64,000 nt of DNA, taken from assembly GCF_052425735.1 (NCBI RefSeq), contig NC_135760.1, forward strand, positions 434,001 to 498,000, in the 5' to 3' direction. A program made the position numbers and the translations under genes. Positions within the stretch are counted from its first letter, which is position 1; every line of letters starts with the position of its first letter. Origin of the DNA: Oculina patagonica. Its lineage: Eukaryota. Shown one piece after another: positions 12,621-23,157 of this stretch. The notes beneath the pieces are model-generated. The model was given only the letters and a program-made list of their open reading frames with translations. It was not told where the DNA came from and did not search any database.

Positions 12621-15600
12621 ATGAGAAGAAGCAAAATCAAAAGGATTGTGATCTGGGTTTTCCTTGTTGTGGCGACAAGTTATACTTTCTGCTTGTTGAT
12701 GTGCCAGTATAACAAAAAGGTAGGATAAATGCTTCATACTCTATGGCACAATAAAATTTATTAGATATACCCCTAGCTAGCCTGATGTGGCAGGGAGTTA
12801 TAGACTCTACTATACTAAGTACCCCCCTCCCCCCTTCTCTAAAGATCGACACACACTAGGGGACTAGTCACAGGGACTTGTCGCAGGGACTTGCTTCAGG
12901 GACCAGTCCCCTTGTGTGTACTCGTATTTTACATCAAAATTTTAGTCGCAGTGAACCACATCAGTAACCTGGTTTGATTCTGAGGCTAGTCGCAGGGACC
13001 AATAGTCCCACAAATCGGTCAATTTTCTAGTGTTTGTATCAGTTTTCATCGTTCATGGGATCGGATTCTTGTGTCTCCCAAATTCTAGCCAATGAAAAGA
13101 CGTCATTTTAGAACCCAGCTTCCATTGCGCCCTTTTTGAAAATGGCAGAAAATGAAGCAGAATGTGATGCTGAAACGGTGTAAACAGGATGGAGCGTTTC
13201 CTTGTTGCAAATCCTCATCCAGTTTAACAATGATGGGAAAAAAATAAAATCACAAAAATGCTGAAGCCTTTGTTTGCAAAGCTTGAAAAGAGCAAATCAA
13301 TGGCTTGATTTGGTCTAGTGTGTACCATACATGCCACCAGTCCCTGGGACTTATCCTTCACCAGTACACACTTAAGCCCTGGATAAGTCCCTGCAACTAT
13401 TCCCTGCGACTACAGTTGAACCCCTAGTAAGCGGCCACCCTCGGGGTGGCCGCTTTATTGAGGTTGGCCGCTTAATGGGTGGCCGCTTAATAGGGGTTCG
13501 ACTGTAGTTTCCTAGTGTGTGCCTAGCTTAATGAGCCCCCTTTTCCCTTTTCAAGATGGCCGATTATGACAATTTGTGAACAAAACAACAAGCCAACTTT
13601 ACATTCTAAAGTTCTTCATCCACCATGCTTACTTTCTCAAGTAACTATTCTGAGAAAATATCACACACAAAAAAAGTATTATAAAAATTCCACTTCATTT
13701 CATTTAAAAAAAGGCTTGAAATTAGCCTCTCCCCCCCCCCCCCTCCACTCTTTTCCTATAACAGCGGTTTCAAAGCCCTTATTTAAAAGGCCTTGAATAA
13801 AATAAAAATAAGTTTCCAGGGGGTAATAGAGCTTTTATGGTAATTTGGGTCCCTTGTAAAGTCTTGTAAAGGGCAGTATAACTTTTAATTCATTTATTTA
13901 TATAACAGTTGCAATACAGGCTAGCAGGTATAAAGCTGGATGAAAAGCATCAGCGAATTGTTGTGTTGTTCCAGAAAATATCCACACCCTCTTCATGGAA
14001 GGTCATTGAAAACTACAAGGGAGTTGTGGGTCCCAAAGGCTAATTTTTGAAGGGAACTATGGAGTTAAACTGGAATTTCCTAAGAGGTGGAGAGGGGAGG
14101 GGTCAAACCAGAAACCAGACCGTTTGGATATATTCTGGAAAACACATAATTACTCATCCAAGTGATGCTTTTATGCAAAGCACCTCAGTTAATTTACAAG
14201 TCATACTTAGCCTTTTTCATTACAGCAGTGATATGTTCATCCTGTGATTTGTCATTTAGTGTAGACCTTCAGATATGATTGACTGTCTCATGAAAACGAC
14301 CAGTTTTAGATGGTCATGATGTAAACTGTCTTTTTACCACAAGGGGGGGGGACTCCTATATGAAAGGGATGGGGATGCTTGCTGTCTTGTTTAGGGGTGT
14401 AAATTAAGGATTTGGTCTCACTAAGGTATTCAGGACAGGACACCGAATTTTTTTTGCTGTCAGGTCTCCTTAAGGGTTGGACATGAAGAAATTAAAAACA
14501 CTGTCATACTGTGTTGACTATGGGAGGCACGGTGGCCTAATGGTTAATGCACTGGTATCCAGATCGAATCATCCAGGTTTGAGCCCTTGCCGGGGCACTG
14601 TGTTGTGTTGTTGGGTAAGACACTTTACTCTCATAGTGTCTCTCTTCACCCGTGTGTATAACTGGGTACCGGCAAATTTAATACTGGAGGCTAACCCTTC
14701 GATTGACTAGCATTCCATTCTAGTTGCTTCATGCTATGGAAACCAGGATAAGCTTAGGCCTGATGGGCTACTAGGCTTGTATGTAGACAGACAAAGTAGA
14801 CACTGTAGACACCATAGGCCCAGTCATAATATTTATTGGTTTTGGTTTGCTAGTCACTGGTGAAAAAACTGCATAATTATTTGCTCTAGTGACACATGAT
14901 AACAAATGACCCATTTTTTATGACAAATTGACGCTTATAATCAACGGCTTACTGGAAGACTTCAGTAGAAATATTAAAACTAAAGTTGTCCGACATTTCG
15001 ATGTAACTAACATCATTATCAAGGTAAAATGTTGTATCGTGGTGTGAATATAAATTAGTTTGTGGAAAATATTAGACATTTGCTGCATCATTATGTGAAT
15101 AGTTTCGCGCGGATGGAGTCAGTTTGCACGTTTAAAGTTGGCTTTAGGTAAAGTTGGCTTTAGGTCATTTCGTTGATGAGACAATCGAATTTGCTGCGGC
15201 ATTTCTTTAAAACTGAGAAGTTGTTAATTAGCTCCGGTTTTGAGATCCCGTGCGTGTTCAACATGTGCTTTCCAATTGACGAATTCTGAGAACTGTGTTC
15301 GGCAACACGTTAGTGCAGGTGTCGGTTGGTATAACCGACATAGTCCATATCGCATTGACCACATTTGAAATAGTACACCACGCATTGTTTGCTCACGATT
15401 TTAGGTTTCTCTTCCCTGAGTTTTAGAAGGTCTCCTATTTTCCGGCTTGTAAAAACTGGTTGTAGGCACACGCCGATTTTGCTGCCCAGTGATTAAAGTT
15501 GTTTTCTTGTGTTGTCAGCTGATCTCTGGTCTTTGAACGGGATGTGCATCCTGATGGGTTCTTCTTTTGAGTTTTCGTTAGACACACTGGACCTGTTTTT

Positions 15601-18226
15601 GATGGTTTGGTCGTGAATAAATGCCTTAATTGTTGAGTCAATTAGTCGAGTTGGATAACGAAGTTGTGTAAACGTGGTCTTAAGAATCTCGCACTCATCG
15701 GTGAAAGCTTTCCAAGTAGACGATATTCGGTTGGCTCTGTATAGCATCGTTTTTATTAGGCCGACCTTGTATCGGTGGTGGACATGGCTATCGTAGTGCA
15801 GATAGAGGCCAGTCAACAACCTCCTTTCTTGATGTTCTGAACTCCAAGCACCCCTCCTTAACCTTCACCATGGAAACTGCTACAGGCAACACCCTTCCTT
15901 TTCTGGGTATGAAAATATCAAAAAACGGCACAAATCTCATCGTAAATGCCAACAAATACTGGCCTCTATCTGCACTACGATTGCCATGTCGACCACCGAT
16001 ACAAGGTCGGCCTAATAAAAACGATGCTATACAGAGCCTACCGAATATCGTCTACTTGGAAAGCTTTCACCGATGAGTGTGAGATTCTAAAGACCACGTT
16101 CGCACAACCTTGTTATCCAACTCGACTAATTGACTCAACAATTAAGGCATTTATTCACGACCAAACCATCAGAAACAGGTCCAGTGTGTCTAACGAGAAC
16201 TCAAAAGAAGAACCCATCAGGATCCACATCCCGTTCAAAGACCAGAGATCAGCTGACAACACAAGAAAACAACTCCAATCACTGGGCAGCAAAATCGGCG
16301 TGCGCCTACAACCAGTTTTTACAAGCCGGAAAATAGGAGACCTTCTAAAACTCAGGAAAGAGAAACCTAAAATCACGAGCAAACAATGCGTGGTGTACTA
16401 TTTCAAATGTGGACTATGCGATATGGACTATGTCGGTTATACCAACCGACACCTGCACTAACGTGTTGCCGAACACAGTTCTCAGAATTCGTCAATTGGA
16501 AAGCACATGTTGAACACGCATTGGATCTCAAAACCGGAGCTAATAAACAACTTCTCAGTTTTAAAGAAATGCCGCAGCAAATTCGATTGTCTCATCAACG
16601 AAATGCTAATTATTCAAGACCTAAAGCCAACTTTAAACGTGCAAACTGACTCCATCCGCGCAAAACTATATACATAAGGATGCAGCAAATGTCTATTATT
16701 TTCCACAAACTAATTTATATTCACACCACAATACAACATTTTACCTTGATAATGATGTTAGTTACATCGAAACGTCGGACAACTTTAGTTTTAAAATTGA
16801 CTCTTCCAGCTGAAATGTAGACCAGCAGGCAGTAGACCAGCTATCTGCCTTTGATACTAGTCAAGCTATCTGCACGCATTGCAAGCCTATGATATAAGTC
16901 TAGATGTACCTGTTGACAGTCTTGCTGTATCTGCACACATTGCAAGCCTATGATATTAGTCTAGATGTACCTGTTGGCAGTCTTAATCTGCACACATTGC
17001 AAGCCTATGATGCACGTTTATTCAGCCTCAACAACACCATCCTTCCTAAACTCTGCCCTAAAACTCTTTCCTACTAACACTAATGTATGTTGTGCCTCTA
17101 GGATCCTACAACGTGGTCAGAATGCCAGGAGATCATTAATGAAAGTTTTCTCTCATCAATCCTACAAGACTGGATATGTAGCACTGAAAAACCGAAGGAC
17201 GAGGAAGTGTTATCAAAATACACTGGAAAGGATTGCGGCATATTGAGAAGGAAATATTTTCCTCACCCTACCCCCACACCGGAAGAAAAGAACTTCCCCA
17301 TTGCTTATGCAATGGTTTTATTTAAATCCGCTGACTTGGCAGAGAAAGTTTTACAATCAATTTACATGCCTCACAACATCTATTGTATCCACGTGGATGT
17401 AAAATCACCAGATACTTTTCGCAATGCAATGCGTGCCATGACTAGTTGCTTAGATAACGTTTTCTTCACCAGTAAACCAGTCGATCTAATATGGGCCCAC
17501 GTTAGTACGCTTTACGCACAGCGGAACTGTTTAAGTGAGCTAATCGAGAGTCCCATTCAGTGGAAATACTTCATGCACATTTCCGGTCAGGAATTACCCC
17601 TGTATACAAACGCTGAAATCGTTCGCGCGCTGACGATGCTGAACGGTTTCAACAACATCGAGAGCTTTACTATTCCTGAAAACAATTTGGGTCGAATGCT
17701 TTATTCTCATGAGGTAAAAAAAGTAAAAGGCCTAGAATTTCATCTAAACTACATAATGATAAGGACTGATGTGACTAAACCGCCGCCACCGTGGGAAATT
17801 AACCTCCAAAAAGGCTCCAACTTTATCGCCATTACACGAGAAGCAGCGAATTACATTCTACATGACCAAGTGGCAATAGATTTTTTAGACTGGCTCAATG
17901 ACACTGCTAAGCCTGACGAGGCGTTCTATTCATCTCTCCAACAACATCCGGGATTCCCAGGCGGTATCCATGGTGATCAGCCCGAGTGGATTCTGCGCGC
18001 CGTGAGTTGGCAGAGAGAGAACGCGTGTTATGGCAGGTGGATCAGGGGTGTATGCTGGGTCACAACACGTGATATGTCCTGGATTCTGGGTTCAAGTATG
18101 CGGTGGAAACTCTTCGTTACTAAGATCCCGTTTGAGTATAGAGATGATCTGCTCAAATGTTTGTCCATAGCGAGAAGGACAAGGAAATATGGCCAGGATG
18201 TATTCAATGCTTCTGCGGTGTTATGA
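12621..18226 (+). CDS. Glycosyltransferase family 14 (core-2/I-branching beta-1,6-N-acetylglucosaminyltransferase, GCNT-like), 2 exons
   Basis: Exon 12621-12719 encodes a type II membrane anchor (MRRSKIKRIVIWVFLVVATSYTFCLLMC..., phase 0 donor GTAGG). Exon 17102-18226 (phase 0) carries FPIAY, IYMPHNIYCIHVD, WKYFMHISGQELPLYTNAEIV, KGSNF, PDEAFYSSL and CYGRWIRGVC, all typical of GT14 Branch enzymes. Confidence 0.9.
12842..13531. mobile_element. MITE with subterminal GGGAC repeats, carrying a nested Tc1-type MITE (13413-13504, TA TSD)
   Basis: Outer element: ACACACTAGGGGACTAGTC...CCTAGTGTGTG inverted ends. Inner element: TA-CAGTTGAACCCCTA...TAGGGGTTCGACTG-TA. Confidence 0.65.
14521..14780 (+). 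mobile_element. tRNA-derived SINE (second family)
   Basis: TGGCCTAATGG A-box, GGTTTGAGCCC B-box, body GTGTTGTGTTGTTGGGTAAGACACTTTACTCTCA. A degenerate relative lies at about 47170-47310. Confidence 0.65.
14974..16794. mobile_element. Penelope-like retroelement (PLE) remnant: two inverted 3' ends (RT thumb + GIY-YIG endonuclease), defective
   Basis: Arms 14974-15813 (-) and 15958-16794 (+) are near-identical inverted copies around a 144-bp spacer encoding LNSKHPSLTFTME...LPFLG (PLE RT C-terminal motifs). The arms encode PTNTGLYLHY, RAYRISS and CVVYYFKCGLCDMDYVGYTNRHLH*RVAEH...EMLIIQDLKPTLN (GIY-YIG). Stops and a frameshift are present. Confidence 0.9.
16744..16778 (+). ncRNA. Minimal hammerhead-ribozyme-like motif at PLE terminus (U3-A8 core variant)
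   Basis: CC-TTGATAA-T-GATGT-tagtt-ACATC-GAAA-CGTC-GG: core boxes, 5-bp stem II, palindromic stem III (ACGT) and a GUC site. A mirror copy lies on the minus strand at about 14990-15024 (GAAATGTC). Confidence 0.55.
16866..17011. repeat. ~60-bp tandem repeat (about 2.5 copies)
   Basis: ATCTGCAC.CATTGCAAGCCTATGAT...TCTAGATGTACCTGTTG repeated just upstream of the GT14 acceptor. Confidence 0.8.
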
Positions 18227-18876
18227 GTGCACTATAAGCTAAAGCTAAACTCGCACATAGGCCACAGGCATAAACTCACCCACGACTCGGAGCAGCGCCC
18301 CTCGATCCGCAGTTCATCGTGCTACCTGAACATTAGCACACCGTGCCTCCCACAATTTACTATAAGGACCTCGCTATACAAGGAAACAGTGTTGCAGAAA
18401 CAGTTAGCTAAGATAGTTAAGATGTATATTTATCACTGGACAGATATATCCAGTATAAATAAAGTATTTATTGAATGTTTGTTTTCCGTGTTCGCGCTAT
18501 TTTGCTCAAAAATGTTTTTTTTAATTGTAAAGGCCTGGCAAAACGAGAAAACATGTTTCCAGAAACATAAGTAGCGTTGTTCGAGTTTATGTGACCTGCA
18601 AGTCATTCTTAGATTACATAGACTGCGAGTAGTTTCTTTCTTTTGCTAAAAGCTGCGGGCTTAACCCGGCGAGTTTTCCTTCGTTGGCTTTGCAGATGGA
18701 AAAAGGTTTTTTCACCTATAAGAAGGGAAAATAGCAAACGATCGCAAAACAGCCTTGTTATATTAACAAATTTATAAATTTTATTTCAAAACTCATTTAA
18801 TTCGCACTCAAATAAATAAAAAACATGACAGCAGTCAAACTATGTACAATTAACCATTTAAACAAATTCAGCCGAA

Positions 18877-21800
18877 CTATCTTTTCTCGAAGAACACGTC
18901 GCGTATACGGCGAGTTTCCACGGACGACTTGGCTAGCGGTTCGACCTTCATTGTCCTGTAGACTCTGTTGGCGTAAGCTATGGCTCTCTCCTCGTTTGCA
19001 GTCTTGCCCTCTCTGCTTGGAAAGAAAAATAGCAAGAACTGATCAATCACGAGATCGAGTATCTACATGCAATTGAATTAAGGAAAGCGCACTTAACCGT
19101 GTAACCTTCAAGCTGCGTCAGGGATTGCGCAGATTGAAAAAAGTAGGCTAAAGTTTTCAAGGTGGTTGTCCATAATCCCCTTTAATCTTTTTCGATCTTT
19201 CCCTCTTTCTTTGCAACATTCTTTAAGGTAATGTGCTCTTTCCATTTCTGGTGTTCTTTAGGTAAGTTCAGGCAATTGCCTCCGTTGGATTTTATTTTTT
19301 GCCTCCCTTCAAGACAAAACTGAAAATGAAACATGCTAGTCTACAGCTGCCGATAATAATTATAATGCATACTTACGCTGGTATTCTGTGAGACTTGGTA
19401 TCGTGATAAAGTTTTGGCAGAATGAATACTCTCACTGGCGGGACTGTTTCTGTTCTGTCTTTGTAGTGATCTCTGTGATATTGGGCAGCCTATTACAAAG
19501 ATTGACAACACAAACAGTGAGTATAGGAATGACCGCATAACTACACAAGGGATGTTTCCAGATTTGGCGGACTATGTACGAGCAGTTCTACTTTGGTATG
19601 GGCTACTAAGCTCATTATCTTAGTAAACTAACGTCTCTCAAGGTGCGCTTATTTCATCCTCCGCGAGCTAGCTCGTCACCAGGGGTAAAGGGCAGGAAAA
19701 CAGAGGGTGTGGGGCTAATGAGAAGAAGGCGAAACGCGAGGCAGTCACTTGAAGGGTTGACGCCTGGTGAGGCCCGCCAGAGAGATAAGATCAAGAGCGC
19801 GTGAGATTATTTTCAGGCCCTTTCTCTTCCTCCTGCAACTTTGTGAGGTAAAATGGCATTCTGAGATATTCTAATGACGAAGTGCCTCCGAGATCAGATC
19901 AATTTTCTCTGATTGATCAGGGGCTTCCAACAGACCGTTTCAGTTAATTTCTGTTCTAATGGTAAAATTTCCTCGTTGGGTGCCCCTGATTGATTGTGGC
20001 TCTTTTTCTAAAAAACATACAAGAGTAGTCAATAAAATATAAAGGAATATCGCTCAATAAGAAGAATCGCAATTTCGATTTTCAATTACTTACTTAAGCT
20101 ACCGAAGACAGAAAACTTACCTTGTCGTATTTTTTAATAGCTCCGTCCCTGTCGTCTAGGTTCAGAAGCTTGTATTTAGGCGCCGCAAGCCATCGGTCAC
20201 GTGAGCTCGTGCGTGCCCCTAACACGTGATCAGGGTTGTTCGTGTAGTAAGTTGGAAAGGGCAGAAATTTGTCCCCACCCCTCCCCATACGTTCTTTACT
20301 TGTGTTCAGTGTGGCAGCGCGGTAGTCTTGGAACCAGCGGCCCGTTGTGTTTCCAAACGTTTCACCGTACGTGTATTTGACGCGCGGCGTGTACCCAGTG
20401 TAACTAGAGAGAAACAAAAGAATTACAGTGAAAAACTATCTACAGTCAAAGCTTCACTAATAATGGCCGCCTGCAACGGCTACTGGGTATTTTCGTGTTG
20501 TTTCTAACCGCAACATCCTAACTGAAATACGCTGTACCTTGACTATACGTACGGGTAAAGCTTTTTATTTCCTTTTTTTGGCCAACCAGCCTTGGTTATA
20601 CCGTGGAACATCGATATAACGAAGGGCCAAGGGACTGGCAAAATGTGTTCGCTATAACGAGGTTTCGTTATATTGAGGTTCTTTTCCATATGTTTTACTG
20701 TTACTGGGGCGAAGAATATCGTTCGTTATATCGAGGTATAGTTAATCAGTTTTTAACAATGTTACGCTGCACTACGAACCCAGCATTTCCGGGTATTAAC
20801 GATTTCTGAAAATAACATTTATAATGTCTAATATATGCACATAGATATGGACATACGTATTTGAACTTGTTCTCTTGTTACAGGAGTAAAGGATTTTCAT
20901 CCTTGTTGGTCTGTTCCGCATTTATCTTTTGTCGGGTGTAGACATTTTTTCGTTTGGGTCTCTGGATTGTGTTCGTTATAACGAGGATTTCGTTGTATCG
21001 AGGTTCTGTTCCATACATTTTACTGTAACTTTGGACGGGCTGAAGAATATCGTTCGTTAAACCGAGGACTTCGTTATATAGATGTTCGTTAAATCGAGAT
21101 TCCACTGTACCTGCTCACAGAAATTATTCTTAGGACTGCGAAGTAATAAAAAATGGAAAGCGGCGAGATTGTTTTCATGGTTTACAGCTGAACCATCTCG
21201 GGCATCGTTTAACCTAGGCCTGTCCCGATTGTGCTCGTAAAATGCCCCCTTTTTAAAAGCCCGGGCGTTTCTTGGAGGTACCCTCGCCCTACCATAATGT
21301 TACTGCTGTTAAATTTTAATTCTAAAGTGGCTAATAAAATGAAAGTTGCTCGCTGGAATGCCAAAAATCCAAAAAGTTCCTTCATAAATTTCTTGATATT
21401 TCTATATAAACGTAAATTAAAAAACTTTAATTTTCGCCTTTTACATCGGTCAAGAAAAAAAGCTTGAAACTGGGCGAAATTTAGGGATACTCTTAAGTCT
21501 AACGAAACGAAATAAATTGAAGTTTTCTATGAAATCGTCGACTTTTTCGTGCTTGCTCAGTGCTCAAAACCTATATTTTGCTCAAAAATTGCTCACAAAG
21601 GCAAAACTTGCTCGAGGTTGCTAGAATTGCAAAAAGTTGCTCCAAACGCCAACGGTTGCCGAGCACAATCGGGACTGGCCTAGTAAAACCTACCACAAGT
21701 AAAAAATTTGAGAAATTATATATATTCTTAANNNNNNNNNNNNNNNNNNNNNNNNNNNNNNNNNNNNNNNNNNNNNNNNNNNNNNNNNNNNNNNNNNNNN

Positions 21801-23008
21801 NNNNNNNNNNNNNNNNNNNNNNNNNNNNNNNNNNNNNNNNNNNNNNNNNNNNNNNNNNNNNNNNNNNNNNNNNNNNNNNNNNNNNNNNNNNNNNNNNNNN
21901 NNNNNNNNNNNNNNNNNNNNNNNNNNNNNNNNNNNNNNNNNNNNNNNNNNNNNNNNNNNNNNNNNNNNNNNNNNNNNNNNNNNNNNNNNNNNNNNNNNNN
22001 NNNNNNNNNNNNNNNNNNNNNNNNNNNNNNNNNNNNNNNNNNNNNNNNNNNNNNNNNNNNNNNNNNNNNNNNNNNNNNNNNNNNNNNNNNNNNNNNNNNN
22101 NNNNNNNNNNNNNNNNNNNNNNNNNNNNNNNNNNNNNNNNNNNNNNNNNNNNNNNNNNNNNNNNNNNNNNNNNNNNNNNNNNNNNNNNNNNNNNNNNNNN
22201 NNNNNNNNNNNNNNNNNNNNNNNNNNNNNNNTCAATTGAAAAATAAATCTAGCACACAGGTGGCGCTCTCTGTTGCTGCGGGCCGTTAGAGGTGCCGCCA
22301 ACGCCTTTTTTGCAACTCGTTTCGCGAGAGGGGTAAGATAGGCGTCTTGCGTTCCGCACACACATGTAAATTAGGAGTTGTGGACACAAATTGTGACAAG
22401 GAGCGAGGCGAGCCCGGGCGAGCCGAGCGAGTTGTCACAATTTGTGCCACAACTCCTAATTTACATGTGTGTCAAAGGTTGACTGTACCATGCCAATTCT
22501 TATATCGCCATGAGATTTTGCTGACATATGAGAACCAGGCTTACATTGTAAAGATATAACAAATTAAAACAAATATTTTGAAAATTAAAATCAATAAAAT
22601 ATTTGATAACTCATATTTCCTTCACACAACGAGAACAATAATGAAAATTGAGAAAATTTAGTATAAGTGTTCCTAAAAGTTAACTTAAATATTAAAACTG
22701 TTCAGGAAATTAAGGATATCATTTTATCGTGGCAACGTCATGTACATGTATGATCTGATTCATGTCAAAGTTCATTTTAAAGTCCAGACAAACTAAACCC
22801 TCTTACAAACACTCTAACAAAACAAGCAATGCAAAAAACAATACCATATTGGAAAGCTCGTTCTTCTTTTTCCCTTCTTGTGGTCGAGGGGGTTTCTTTT
22901 TCCTGCTAAACATTTTGCCAAACGTTAGCAAAATACACCAGAATTTTGCAAGTTGATGTTCGCCTTTCGCCTTTCCGCGTTGCCCGGCAGTAGTCCAGCG
23001 GACTTCAT
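18877..23008 (-). CDS. CIMIP2C: Ciliary microtubule inner protein CIMIP2C / FAM166C (C2orf70)-like
   Basis: Secure in-frame exons: 20121-20403 (YTGYTPRVKYTYGETFGNTTGRWFQDYR...SSRDRWL), 19377-19489 (AAQYHRDHYKDRTETVP) and 18877-19015 (...RRIRDVFFEKR*), recognisably like human C2orf70. The 5' end is tentative: ATG at 23008 (MKSAGLLPGNA), possible small exons near 21110-21134 and 20780-20805, and further exons may be hidden in the N gap. Confidence 0.8.
20598..21109. mobile_element. Two partial Tc1/mariner-type MITEs
   Basis: TACCGTGGAACATCGATATAACG at 20599 and CGTTAAATCGAGATTCCACTGTA at 21109, with repeated CGTTATA motifs. Confidence 0.55.
21215..21682. mobile_element. TIR MITE with TAGG...CCTA ends (hAT-like)
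   Basis: TAGGCCTGTCCCGATTGTGCTCG...CGAGCACAATCGGGACTGGCCTA. Flanks GTTTAACC and GTAAAACC form an imperfect 8-bp TSD. Confidence 0.75.
21732..22231. other. Assembly gap (500 N)
   Basis: Run of N. Confidence 1.
22358..22472. repeat. Near-perfect palindrome/hairpin element
   Basis: ACACACATGTAAATTAGGAGTTGTGG(A)CACAAATTGTGACAA-GC-rich loop-TTGTCACAATTTGTGCCACAACTCCTAATTTACATGTGTGT. Confidence 0.85.
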
Positions 23009-23157
23009 TTTAAAGTAAAATACCAAGATGCATTGCGAGCCGGTGGTGATGAAAATATGGCGACTTTGGTTCCTGCAAAGGAAAACAGTTCGATGTAAAC
23101 TTGTTTGTATGTTGTCATCGCTTGAGAAACGGCTGTAATTTTAAGCAGGGAGAAAAA

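Noticed and set aside
15813-16680. Active autonomous retroelement
   Set aside because: 5'-truncated RT, a frameshift near 15940 and an in-frame stop in the endonuclease.
21560-22361. 228-aa and 223-aa ORFs
   Set aside because: Artefacts of the 500-N gap.
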